Part shown: positions 1-8,702 of the stretch, piece after piece
How positions within the stretch are numbered: position 1 is the first letter of the stretch
How the letters are laid out: every line of letters begins with the position of its first letter
Assembly: GCF_000018105.1 (NCBI RefSeq)
Contig: NC_009929.1
Location: 180,001 to 212,000, forward strand
Direction of reading: 5' to 3'
DNA: 32,000 nt
Origin: Acaryochloris marina MBIC11017
GTDB lineage: Bacteria > Cyanobacteriota > Cyanobacteriia > Thermosynechococcales > Thermosynechococcaceae
Notes under the pieces: model-generated
What the model was told of the DNA's origin: nothing
What the model saw: only the letters and a program-made list of their open reading frames with translations
The model's database searches: none
Made by a program: the position numbers and the translations under genes

Positions 1-58
1 CAGACAACGGTTTTGTATTTTGAGGTGAGGTAGAAGTTCATATCGTTGTTTTGGACCC
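1..58. repeat. Two terminal-repeat-like motifs in opposite orientation (1..~25 forward, ~31..58 reverse)
   Basis: 1..12 CAGACAACGGTT matches IR nt 6-17 CCGACAACGATT. 42..58 ATCGTTGTTTTGGACCC matches plus-strand IRR 5721..5735 ATCGTTGTCGGACCC with one 2-nt indel. The window edge prevents seeing a GGGG start. Confidence 0.4.
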
Positions 59-171
59 GTTTTTAAACTCACTGTTTGATTGCAGAGTAGTTTCAATACT
101 CTGAGAGATCTCCAATATGTTCGGCAAGATGGTCAATTCTGAGCTACCCATGTCATCATCTTGAGAACATC

Positions 172-1068
172 TTATTGAACTGCATTTTCCAAATATTGAA
201 ATGCTCTTTGCGCTGCCCCTTTTGCTTGTTCAGATGTGACAGTCTGATATCGAAGGGTGGTCTGGATATGCTGGTGCCCCATTAACGCTCTGAGTTCCTC
301 CAACCCCATTAGTCCCACTCGCTCTGTCGCAAAAGTATGACGCAGATCGTGCAACCTTATCCCTTGGAGTTGTGGATAGCCTTGAATCGATTGATGCCAG
401 TGATGATGGGCTGTTCTGTAACTCAGACGGGTCACTTGACTCGTAGGGGTCTTTCTAGCCGTGAACAATGCTGGCGAAGGCGTATAGCGATAGTGCTGAA
501 TATAGGTCTGCAAGGCTGCAGCTGCATTTTCACTATAAAAGCACCAACGGGTTTTGTTGCCTTTACCCACGACCTGAAATTGCCGTTGCTCCAGATCGAC
601 TTCTGCCAAATCCAAGGCCAAAATTTCTGAGATGCGGGCCCCACTGTGATGCAATAGCTTCACCAGTGCATACAAGCGTGCATCGTTATAAACAGCTTGA
701 TACAAGGTCGTCAATTGCTCGGGTTTCAAAAACCGAATGGGCTGATCACTTAGATGCTCTCCCTTGGCTTTATCCGGTGAACGATGCTCTAACTGGGCAA
801 TGGGATTGCTGCGAATATACCGTTGGCGCACAGCAAAGTTGAGTAAGGCCTTGAGGGTGGCTTGATGCCGATGGTGAGTCGTGTAAGACAGGTGCGTCAG
901 GCTATTGAGATACTCAGACAGGATGTCAGCATCTAATAATTCCACTGACCAGCTGCCATATCGCTTCAGTAACGGCATCAAGGTCAGTTCATAGGAGCGG
1001 GCTGTGCTCGTAGCCAGATGGGGGCGATCTAAAAACTGGGTTGCCACGGTGGCTAAAGGCTGATTCAT
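172..1068 (-). CDS. Tyrosine recombinase / phage-integrase family (candidate TnpI-like resolvase of the Tn3-family element)
   Basis: 298-aa ORF. Catalytic signature is present: HHSGARISEIL (Arg), HDLRHTFAT (His-x-x-Arg) and LMGHQHIQTTLRY (His ... Tyr nucleophile). It is divergent from the HTH gene/tnpA. Confidence 0.9.
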   Translation of the reverse strand: MNQPLATVATQFLDRPHLATSTARSYELTLMPLLKRYGSWSVELLDADILSEYLNSLTHLSYTTHHRHQATLKALLNFAVRQRYIRSNPIAQLEHRSPDKAKGEHLSDQPIRFLKPEQLTTLYQAVYNDARLYALVKLLHHSGARISEILALDLAEVDLEQRQFQVVGKGNKTRWCFYSENAAAALQTYIQHYRYTPSPALFTARKTPTSQVTRLSYRTAHHHWHQSIQGYPQLQGIRLHDLRHTFATERVGLMGLEELRALMGHQHIQTTLRYQTVTSEQAKGAAQRAFQYLENAVQ

Positions 1069-1106
1069 CTGGAGCTTTGCTTAAATCTAAAGACTCACTT
1101 CGCCTC

Positions 1107-1622
1107 ATGCACTATACCTCTGGGGAAGAAATATCCAGTGATAAATCCATGCAACCTTTAGAATCCGATTCCCTCCCCCTTGCCGATGAATCCTTGGCTG
1201 AGTATCTTCGCCGTCTACGAGTCAGACTCGGTCTCACCCAGAAGGAAGTCGCTCTCAAGGCCAATATTCATGCCCAAAGCTTGGGTAAGCTGGAGCGCGG
1301 CAAAACGTTGTCCCTCAATCATAAAACTCGTCAGGGCTTAGCTTGTGCCTTACAAATTCCACCTGATTACTTGGATTCCATCAGCCGAGGTCGAGCCATC
1401 CAAGCCACGCAAACTTTGAAATTCTGCCCCCAGTGTTGGCGCATAGGCAGTGCTCCAGAGCCGCTGTGGATGGACCTCAGATCTAAACACTGTTTTGCTT
1501 GCGGCACTCGACTACAAGATCGCTGTATCAGCTGCCAAGAACCCATTACCTCCCTCAAGCATCGTTTTTGCCCCTATTGCGGAACCCCCTATCAAACCCA
1601 GCAGCAGATCCAAGGAGTTTGA
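1107..1622 (+). CDS. XRE-type helix-turn-helix protein with C-terminal double zinc ribbon
   Basis: ORF 1041..1622. The TTG at 1041 overlaps the recombinase start, so ATG 1107 or 1149 is more likely (start uncertain). HTH: LGLTQKEVALKANIHAQSLGKLERGK. Four CxxC pairs: CPQC, CFAC, CISC, CPYC. The stop at 1620-1622 lies 4 nt before the tnpA GTG at 1627. Confidence 0.7.
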   Translation: MHYTSGEEISSDKSMQPLESDSLPLADESLAEYLRRLRVRLGLTQKEVALKANIHAQSLGKLERGKTLSLNHKTRQGLACALQIPPDYLDSISRGRAIQATQTLKFCPQCWRIGSAPEPLWMDLRSKHCFACGTRLQDRCISCQEPITSLKHRFCPYCGTPYQTQQQIQGV

Positions 1623-2622
1623 GGTCGTGGCCAGTGTACATGAAACCGCCTATCCACGTTTGAAACGGAATCCTTCAGATCAAGACCTTTCAGCTATCTA
1701 CACTCCCACTAAAGAGGAAATGGCGCTAGCGCAGCACCTCACCCGTAGTCCTCAAACTCAATTGGGGTTTTTGGTGATGCTCAAAACCTACCAGCGCTTG
1801 GGCTATGCCATCAAGACCAGTGATGTGCCCGCTGCTGCTGTGCGTCACATCGCCACTATAGTTGGCCTACACGGTTTCCAACTGGATCTGACGACTTATG
1901 ATCGCTCCCCCACACGCTACCGGCACCTGAATATTATTCGGGGGTATCTACAAATCACCAAGTATGGTCCTCAAGCCAAAGCGGTCATTGAGGCGTCCAT
2001 GGAAAAGGCCGCAGTGACGAAACATGAACTCGCTGACCTCATCAATGTGGCCATTGAAGAATTGGTCCGCCATCGACTGGAATTACCCGCTTTTATTGCC
2101 CTAGATCGCGCAGCCCGTCAGGTCAGACAAGCCGTATCTACTCAGCTGTAAAACAAGTCAGTCAGGCCTTAAAGCGGACGGAGCGGGTGAAGCTGAATCG
2201 GTTGTTTTTGTCGGCTTCTCTAGCAGAGAAATCGTTATGGAACCGCTTGAAGGAAGACCCCGGCAAACCCTTGCTCTCGCGGCTGCAAGAGTGGATTGAG
2301 CGATTGGAATGGTTGGCTGATCTGCAGATCCCAACTTCCGGTTTGGAGGATATTCCCGCCGTCAAGATCAAGGCCCTCGCCGCAGAAGCCCAGTCTTTAG
2401 ATGCCGCTCGCATGAAAGAAATGAGCGATGCTAAACGCTATACCTTAGCCCTGGCCTTGCTATCGACTCAATATGCCAACACCCTGGATGATCTCGCGGA
2501 GATGTTTATCAAACGGGTCCGCCAGCTCCATCACAAGGGGGCAGAAGCCCTGAGTGACTATCGTCGCAGGACGCAAGCTCGCACGGATGAACTCATCGAT
2601 ATCTTCTTGCATGTTCTATTGG

Positions 2623-2631
2623 CCTATGACT
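2623..2631. repeat. Target-site duplication of the IS1 insertion (left copy, CCTATGACT)
   Basis: Identical 9-mer at 3534..3542. Coordinates derived from codon arithmetic on ORFs 2187..2663 and 3575..5566. Confidence 0.85.
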
Positions 2632-2695
2632 GGTCGTGCATCAAAAAAGAGTGGGTTTGTTAAACCTATAGGGAGTTGAGTTTTCCTATCCGCTG

Positions 2696-3525
2696 ATGCA
2701 ATGTCCTCTATGTGATCATCCAACAACCCACAAACACGGTAAAACCAGTAAAGGCAGCCAACGTTACCGTTGCCCCCACTGTCACCAAACCTTCAGTGAG
2801 ACCTTTGATACCCTTTATTATCGCCGTCAGATCTCTTCTGAAACCATCCAGGCCATCCTTCAATCTCATGCTGAAGGCAGTAGCCTGAGGGGCCTATCCC
2901 GTATCACAGGTGTGGCTTACAACACCTGTGTGAGTGTGATTCGTTCAGCGAGCCAAAAAGCCCAAATGATTCATAACCAAGAAGTTCAGGCCGTTTCGAC
3001 TGACGTCATCAATGCGGATGAGTTGTGGTCCTTTGTCAAAAAAAGCAAAAGCACTGTGAACCGGAAGAGTTGAGCGTCGGCGATTGCTGGATAGCCTTGA
3101 GTCTCGCCAAAGACAGTGGCCTGGTGCTCAGTGGCCGTATTGGCAAACATACCGACGAACTCGCTCAAAAATTAATTGAGAATACCGAGGGCAAGACCGT
3201 CTGTCACCATTGGCAAACCGATGGCTGGGAAGGGTATTCACGACAATTAGCCGATGAGGTGATCCATCACGTGAGTAAAGCTCTGACACAGCGCTTAGAG
3301 CGGACCAATGGCATACTACGTCAACAGACTGGTCGCTGGCATCGGCGTCAGAACAAGTTTGGTAAAGTCTGGCAACAGAGTGCAGTGACCTTAAGACTGG
3401 TGCTGACTTATTTCAATTGGATCTGGTGCCACTCTCGATTCAAGAACACGGCTGCCCAACGGGCTGGACTGACGGAGCATCCTTGGGGATGGCAAGACTT
3501 AGCCACCTACCCCACACTGTATTGA
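2696..3525 (+). CDS. IS1-family transposase (InsA-like 2696..3073 and InsB-like frame to 3525, joined by -1 frameshift)
   Basis: N-terminal zinc finger CPLCDH...CPHC. The second ORF (3025..3525) is in the -1 frame and overlaps at an A7 run. Fused reading gives ...DELWSFVKK-KQKHCEPEE... Confidence 0.85.
3038..3044 (+). promoter_or_regulatory. A7 slippery run, candidate -1 programmed ribosomal frameshift site of the IS1 transposase
   Basis: GTC AAA AAA AGC in the InsA frame versus CAA AAA AAG in the InsB frame. This parallels the A6C frameshift site known for IS1. Confidence 0.7.
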
Positions 3526-3533
3526 TGCACAAT

Positions 3534-3542
3534 CCTATGACT
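3534..3542. repeat. Target-site duplication of the IS1 insertion (right copy, CCTATGACT)
   Basis: Identical 9-mer at 2623..2631. Confidence 0.85.
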
Positions 3543-5698
3543 CTGAAGGCCGGATCACCACACGCTTCAAGTCGATGAAAATTGTGATTGGGGATGATCC
3601 ACAACCGCTCATTGACGATTGCCAAGAGCACTTAGCCTACGTGGGCAACAACTACTTCTCTTTTTTGACTCGTTTCTATCGTAGCCATCGAGCCGTATTC
3701 TTCCGACTCCTAGAGCAACTTCCCTTGTGCTCTAGCACCCAGGACCAGTCTTTAATCAACGCGATTGAATTTATCAAAGCCCATGGGTCCAAACGCAGTA
3801 AATGGGTGCCGATGACCCAGATCGTCAATCAGGGTCCCCCTGATGAAGCGGTTGTCCCGTTGCTGGATCTCAGTTGGGTGCCTAACAAGTGGCGGTCGTT
3901 GATCACTGACCCGCAACAGACTACGCCCACTAAAATTCATCGCCTCTACTTTGAGTTGTGCGTGTTCTCTCATATCAGTCTGGAACTGCAGTCGGGGGAT
4001 CTGTATATCCCTGGCAGTAATGAATTCGGTGACTATTACAGCCAGTTGATTTCATGGGAAGAATACCAGGACTCAGCTGAAGAGTATGGCAAGATGATCA
4101 ATCTGCCAACGGAGGGTAAGGCCTTTGTTCAAGAGATGAAGCAGCGGTTGCGAGCGGCGGCCAAGACGGCAGATCAGGCCTTTCCCACCAATGCTCACTT
4201 GAGTTTCAAAAAAGACCGTCTGGTGATCCATAAACGCCAACGTCAATTACCTGAAGGATTGGCGGAAGTGAAGGCACTCATTGAACGGAAGATCAAACCC
4301 GTCTCTATTCTGGATGTGCTGTGTGACACCGAGAAATGGCTCAACTGGACCCAGTGCTTCGGGCCCCTATCTGGCTTTGATACCAAGATCATAGATCCGG
4401 TCGAACGCTATATCACCACGACATTTTGCTATGGCTGCAACATTGGCCCCAACCAGCTGGCACGGTCACTCCCTGGAACTGACCGTCGCCAAATTTGGTG
4501 GATTCATCATCGCCATATCAGTGAAGAGAAAATACAACAGGCCATTACTGGGATTATCGATTCCTACAATCGCTTTTCGCTTCCCAAGGTTTGGGGGTCC
4601 GGCAAACAGGCTTCAGTGGATGGTACCAAGTGGGATATGTATGAGCAGAATCTATTGGCGGAATATCACATCCGCTATGGCGGGTATGGCGGCATTGGCT
4701 ATTACCACATCAGTGATACCTACATTGCTCTGTTCAGTCACTTTATTCCCTGTGGTGTCTGGGAAGCCGTTTACATCCTCGATGGATTGCTCAAGAATAC
4801 TTCCGAGATCCAACCGGACACGATTCATGGTGATACTCAATCCCAAAGCTGTACGGTGTTTGCTTTAGCGTTTCTATTGGGCATTACGCTAATGCCCCGC
4901 ATTCGAGGCTGGCAGAGCTTAGCGTTCTATCGACCGTCTCGGGGCACCCGCTACAAGCATTTGGACAGCTTGTTCACCGAAGTGACGGACTGGGATCTGA
5001 TTGAGACACACCTGCCGGACATGTTGCGGGTGGCGTTGTCCATTAAGGACGGGAAAGTTCAAGCCTCTACTCTGTTGAGAAAGTTGGGAACCAATAGCCG
5101 TAAGAATAAGCTATTTCAAGCCTTTCATGAACTTGGAGGTGTCTTGAGAACTATCTTTTTACTGCAGTACATCAATGATCCTCAAATGCAGGAAACGATC
5201 CATGCTGAAACCAACAAGTGCGAGGCATTTAATCGCTTTATTAAGTGGCTCGCTTTTGGCGGTGAAAACCAAGTCCTCTCTAGCAACAACCGGGCTGAAC
5301 TCCGAAAGCGCATCAAATACAATCACCTGGTGGCCAACTGTCTGATTTTCTACAACGTTTCAGAGATGAGTCGCATTCTCAATGAGGAAGCTCAAAATGG
5401 CCGCACGTATGATGCAGAGGTATTGGCGTTACTGAGTCCTTATTGGATGGACCATCTCAATCGGTTCGGAATATTCTTCTTAGATGAACAGCGAAATCCA
5501 CCACCGATCAATTTCGAAATTCCAATTGCTCAAAAAGAACAAGAGGCAGAGCCTATGTTGGTGTAGCCGGTGGCTAAAACTATATTTGTCAGTTGGCAAG
5601 AGAGTTTAAGAATAGGACATCAGTACCGAAATTGACTTCGTATTTTGCCAAAGCCCTAAAATCGTCGCCTGAAATAGTTATCAGATATAGCTTTCAGC

Positions 5699-5736
5699 CC
5701 TATGATCAGTTTCTACATGAATCGTTGTCGGACCCC
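5699..5736 (-). repeat. Tn3-family right terminal inverted repeat (about 38 bp; inner limit approximate)
   Basis: The reverse complement from 5736 reads GGGGTCCGACAACGATTCATGTAGAAACTGATCATAGG. It lies 170 bp downstream of the tnpA stop (5566). The outer G coincides with the break in the ISKra4-like ORF. Confidence 0.6.
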
Positions 5737-6027
5737 AATACTAGTAGGTGTTGCCCATGTCGCAATTGGTGTCGCCAGCGCCGGAACCAGACTTGGGCTT
5801 GAGCAGAGCGGGCATCCCCAAACATCACTTTTGTTGCTCGTGCAAGATGGCCTGCTGCATGAAAAAAATCGAGAACTGCCACAGCACAGTGAGAGAACAA
5901 GGTGCGGTAGACTCGCCAGAAGCCTCGCCCCCCATCACTTAACCAGATGACGCTTGGGGCCGATTCAAAGTCTTGTTTGTGGGCTTCGAGTTGCAGTAAG
6001 GGGATGAACTGGTCGATATCGCCCAAT
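5737..6027 (-). pseudogene. ISKra4-like transposase, downstream fragment (truncated at 5737 by the Tn3-family terminus)
   Basis: LGDIDQFIPLLQLEAHKQ...VIWLSDGGRGFWRVY...VLDFFHAAGHL... This continues ...RRLVAVLG from 8697 exactly in frame. After ...HGQHLLVL the frame runs into the GGGG of the Tn3 IR. Confidence 0.6.
6022..6027. repeat. Target-site duplication of the IS21 insertion (left copy, CCCAAT)
   Basis: Same hexamer at 8697..8702; positions fixed by codon arithmetic on ORFs 5706..6026 and 8597..9097. Confidence 0.8.
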
Positions 6028-6222
6028 TATTAGACGACAATCGAGCTGACGGATTAATGACGATGTCACGTCGGCTATAGCTATGAAGAAACCAGGCATC
6101 CCCTGAGAAGGATAAAACTAGATCTCAATTCCCTAGAAATGATGTGTGAGATCGCGTTTCTAGAATTCAATCTCAAGAAAAAAGACACTTTTTACATCCC
6201 TAATCAATAGAGGGCTGTACAA

Positions 6223-7959
6223 GTGCCTAACAAAAGAATTGATTCCTATCATACTCGTGTTTATATGAACGGAAGAGACCTCGGCTTAAAACAAGCTGAT
6301 GCAGCTTACATTGCCGAAATATCTACAAGAACCGGACAACGAATTGAGGCCGGCACCCATCAACCTAATCGCGGCCGCCTTCAGGACCAACGCACCGTTC
6401 CCGACCCCTTAGCTGATGTGTGGGAAGACGAGCTAGAACCAATGCTGCGTCGAGACCCACGCCTCAAACCCATGACCCTGTATGAGTACCTGCAGGATAA
6501 GTATCCAGGCCAGTATCCCCAAGTCCTGCGGACCCTACAACGTCGGGTGAGAACGTGGAAAGCCTTACATGGACCAAGCCCTGAAGTGATGTTTGAATTG
6601 CGTCATGAACCAGGGGTACAAGGGTTCTCCGATTTTACAGAACTCAAAGGCATCACGATTACCATTGCCGGCAAACCCTTTGAGCACCTGATTTACCATT
6701 ACCGTCTGGGATATAGCGGCTGGCGATATGCCCAGATCATCCAAGGAGGCGAAAGCTTTGTTGCCCTCTCAGAAGGATTGCAAAATGCCTTTGCAGCCTG
6801 TGGAGGTGTTCCTACACAGCATCGTACTGATAGTTTGAGTGCAGCCTATCGCAACATGGGCGGCCGCCGGTCCAAAAACCTCACGCGTTTGTACGACGAA
6901 CTGTGTGACCACTATCGGCTAGAACCCACTCGTAACAACAAAGGTGTAGCCCATGAGAATGGCTCCATTGAATCTCCCCATGGCCATCTCAAAAACCGAA
7001 TTAAGCAGGCGATCTATCTGCGCGGCAGTGCAGATTTTACGAGCGTTGCTGAGTATCAAGCCTTAATTGATGCACAGGTTGCCAAGTTGAATCAGCAGTG
7101 CCAAACCAAGTATGAGCAAGAGAAAGACCATCTACAACCACTGCCCAAATATCGAACCCCTGACTATGAAGTGCTCACGGCTAAAGTCAGCAAACGCAGC
7201 ACCATCGATGTTCGCTGCATTCTATACACCGTCCCTTCTCGACTGATTGGTCGTCAATTGGAACTGCATCTATACCATGACCGGATTGTCGGCTATCTGG
7301 AGCGACACCCGGTGGTGGAATTGCCGAGGAAGCGCGTCAGTGGCAAAGGCAAACGTCGCGACCGTTGCATCAACTATCGCCATGTTATTGGTTCAATGCG
7401 ATTGAAGCCTCGTGCTTTTATCTATTGCACCTGGCAATCAGACCTACTTCCCAATCCTGAATACCGCCAAATCTGGGAACAGCTCAAAGCCCAATTTGAC
7501 CTGGAGCAGGCTGCCAAGATCATCGTGGAAGCCCTGTATATTGCTGCGGTTCAAGATAAAGAACAGGCCGTAGCAGTGTACTTACAGCAGCAGCTTCGCT
7601 CATCCAGCCTTACCCTCAATCGCCTGAAAAAACAGTTTGAGCCGCCTCAGATGAAGCAGGTTCCTGAACTCAGCATTGAACAACATTCACTTGAACTTTA
7701 TGACAAACTCCTCCCCTCCTGCTCAGTCCCCGCTGAGCCCCTACCAGCACCTGAGCCTCTATTTAAAAAAGCTCAGGCTCTCCCACATGTTGACCCATTG
7801 GGAATCTATCGAATCCCAAGCCATGCAGGAAAACTGGTCTTATGCGGAATTCTTACTAGCCTTGTGCGAAACGGAGGCCCAACGAAGAGAACAAGCTCGT
7901 CTAAAACGTGCCCTCACCGAAGCCAGGCTCCCAAACGCAAAAAGTTTTACCAACTTTGA
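6223..7959 (+). CDS. istA: IS21-family transposase IstA
   Basis: 578-aa ORF (GTG at 6223; ATG at 6265 is also possible) with an N-terminal HTH-like region and an integrase-core-like middle. The last ~85 aa run out of frame through istB, so the true or ancestral stop may have been near 7700. Confidence 0.8.
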   Translation: MPNKRIDSYHTRVYMNGRDLGLKQADAAYIAEISTRTGQRIEAGTHQPNRGRLQDQRTVPDPLADVWEDELEPMLRRDPRLKPMTLYEYLQDKYPGQYPQVLRTLQRRVRTWKALHGPSPEVMFELRHEPGVQGFSDFTELKGITITIAGKPFEHLIYHYRLGYSGWRYAQIIQGGESFVALSEGLQNAFAACGGVPTQHRTDSLSAAYRNMGGRRSKNLTRLYDELCDHYRLEPTRNNKGVAHENGSIESPHGHLKNRIKQAIYLRGSADFTSVAEYQALIDAQVAKLNQQCQTKYEQEKDHLQPLPKYRTPDYEVLTAKVSKRSTIDVRCILYTVPSRLIGRQLELHLYHDRIVGYLERHPVVELPRKRVSGKGKRRDRCINYRHVIGSMRLKPRAFIYCTWQSDLLPNPEYRQIWEQLKAQFDLEQAAKIIVEALYIAAVQDKEQAVAVYLQQQLRSSSLTLNRLKKQFEPPQMKQVPELSIEQHSLELYDKLLPSCSVPAEPLPAPEPLFKKAQALPHVDPLGIYRIPSHAGKLVLCGILTSLVRNGGPTKRTSSSKTCPHRSQAPKRKKFYQL

Positions 7960-8518
7960 CTTTAGCCATTGTCCCCAGCTCAATCCAGCTCCCTTGATGC
8001 AATTAGCCGCAGATCCGGGTTGGTTGGAGCGCGCCGAGAATTGCCTTATTCTGGGGCCCTCGGGTGTTGGAAAAACACATCTGGCCACTGGGGTGTCCAA
8101 AAAGATGCTGGAATTCGGTAAGCGGGTGAAGTTCTTTGCAGCCAACGCATTGGTCCAGCAACTGCAACAGGCGAAGCTCCAACTGCAGCTGCATCCAATG
8201 CTCAAAAAACTGGACCGCTATGATCTGTTGATCTTGGATGACTTGGGCTATTGCAAAAAGTCGGAAGCGGAAACGTCCGTTCTGTTTGAATTAATTGCGC
8301 ATCGCTATGAACGAAAAAGTTTGTTGATTACAGCGAATCAACCCTTCAGCCAATGGGATGACATTTTCACTGATTCGATGATGGCGGTGGCTGCCATTGA
8401 TCGCTTAATTCATCATGGCTTGATTATCGAAATTCAAGCCGATAGTTATCGGCGCAAATCAGCGACTCAGAGAACGGCTCAAACTCAGTCTCAACCTCAA
8501 AAATCCCAGTCCAAATAA
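7700..8518 (+). CDS. istB: IS21-family helper ATPase IstB
   Basis: ORF 7676..8518; the ATG at 7700 (MTNSSPP...) is plausible. Walker A GPSGVGKTH, Walker B LLILDDLG, and the typical ...FELIAHRYERKSLLITANQPFSQW. Confidence 0.85.
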   Translation: MTNSSPPAQSPLSPYQHLSLYLKKLRLSHMLTHWESIESQAMQENWSYAEFLLALCETEAQRREQARLKRALTEARLPNAKSFTNFDFSHCPQLNPAPLMQLAADPGWLERAENCLILGPSGVGKTHLATGVSKKMLEFGKRVKFFAANALVQQLQQAKLQLQLHPMLKKLDRYDLLILDDLGYCKKSEAETSVLFELIAHRYERKSLLITANQPFSQWDDIFTDSMMAVAAIDRLIHHGLIIEIQADSYRRKSATQRTAQTQSQPQKSQSK

Positions 8519-8523
8519 TCGAG

Positions 8524-8557
8524 CGATCACTGGTTGTCATTTCGATCACGGGTTGTC
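8524..8557 (+). repeat. Subterminal direct repeats of the IS21 element (2 x CGATCACNGGTTGTC, 19-bp period)
   Basis: CGATCACTGGTTGTC at 8524..8538 and CGATCACGGGTTGTC at 8543..8557. Further GGTTGTC/GGTTGAC copies lie near 8659 and 8682. Multiple terminal repeats are typical of IS21-family ends. Confidence 0.6.
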
Positions 8558-8696
8558 GTTTTGTTCTGAAGGTATCGTATGAGGTCTGAAAAAGAGCTAA
8601 CGCAAAGGGAGTGTACGCCAAATAATACGGTTCAAATTTGGGGGTTGATCCGCCTTGTGGTTGTCGCGACATCGCCTATGGGGTTGACATCCAATA

Positions 8697-8702
8697 CCCA
8701 AT
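8697..8702. repeat. Target-site duplication of the IS21 insertion (right copy, CCCAAT)
   Basis: Same hexamer at 6022..6027. Confidence 0.8.

Larger units (their letters stand above)
2632..3533 (+). mobile_element. IS1-family insertion sequence (902 bp) inside tnpA
   Basis: Flanked by a perfect 9-bp direct repeat, CCTATGACT. Termini GGTCGTGCATCAA... and ...TTGATGCACAAT are imperfect inverted repeats sharing GTGCATCAA. It encodes InsA/InsB-like overlapping ORFs. Confidence 0.85.
1627..5566 (+). pseudogene. tnpA: Tn3-family DDE transposase, disrupted by one frameshift and one IS1-family insertion
   Basis: Three collinear pieces. Piece 1 is 1627..2151: GTG start, VASVHETAYPRLKRNPSDQDLSAIYTPTKEE, a typical Tn3 TnpA N-terminus. 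Piece 2 runs from about 2152 to 2631 in another frame: ...AVSTQL* versus KQVSQALKRTERVKLNRLFL, which implies a 1-nt indel near 2148-2153. Piece 3 is 3543..5566, the large C-terminal part. Deleting 2632..3542 joins ...LLAYD to SEGRITTRFKSMKIVIGDD in frame. Total length is about 1000 aa, as expected for the family. Confidence 0.85.
1..5736 (+). mobile_element. Tn3-family transposon carrying a tyrosine recombinase, an HTH/double-zinc-ribbon gene and a disrupted tnpA; right terminus at 5736, left terminus at or just beyond the window edge
   Basis: A Tn3-type transposase reading frame spans 1627..5566. The minus strand read inward from 5736 gives GGGGTCCGACAACGATTCATGTAG..., a GGGGTC-type Tn3-family terminus. 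That terminus cuts an unrelated IS transposase ORF exactly at 5736/5737. The window begins CAGACAACGGTT, 10/12 identical to nt 6-17 of that repeat, as if the left IR started about 5 nt before position 1. Confidence 0.6.
6028..8696 (+). mobile_element. IS21-family insertion sequence (2669 bp) with istA/istB
   Basis: Flanked by the 6-bp direct repeat CCCAAT; excision restores VAVLG-DIDQF in the interrupted ORF. Both ends begin TATT(A/G)GA and carry the repeated motifs CGATGTC(A/G)CG and GGTTGTC/GGTTGAC. Confidence 0.85.

Noticed and set aside
337-842. ORFs of 70-124 aa overlapping the tyrosine recombinase gene on either strand
   Set aside because: The recombinase frame carries all catalytic motifs. 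The overlapping frames show no motifs and have odd composition.
1450-1626. Upstream extension of the tnpA ORF overlapping the HTH/zinc-ribbon gene
   Set aside because: The extension translates to non-conserved sequence. The family-typical N-terminus (VASVHETAYPRLK...) begins at the GTG at 1627, right after the HTH gene stop.
5593-5950. Plus-strand ORFs (69, 82 and 64 aa) crossing the Tn3 terminus and the ISKra4-like fragment
   Set aside because: They span a transposon/IS junction that cannot be an ancestral gene. They are also antisense to a recognisable transposase fragment.
8620-8640. GGTTCAAAT, resembling a tRNA T-arm
   Set aside because: No acceptor or anticodon stems could be built around it, and it lies inside the IS21 right end.
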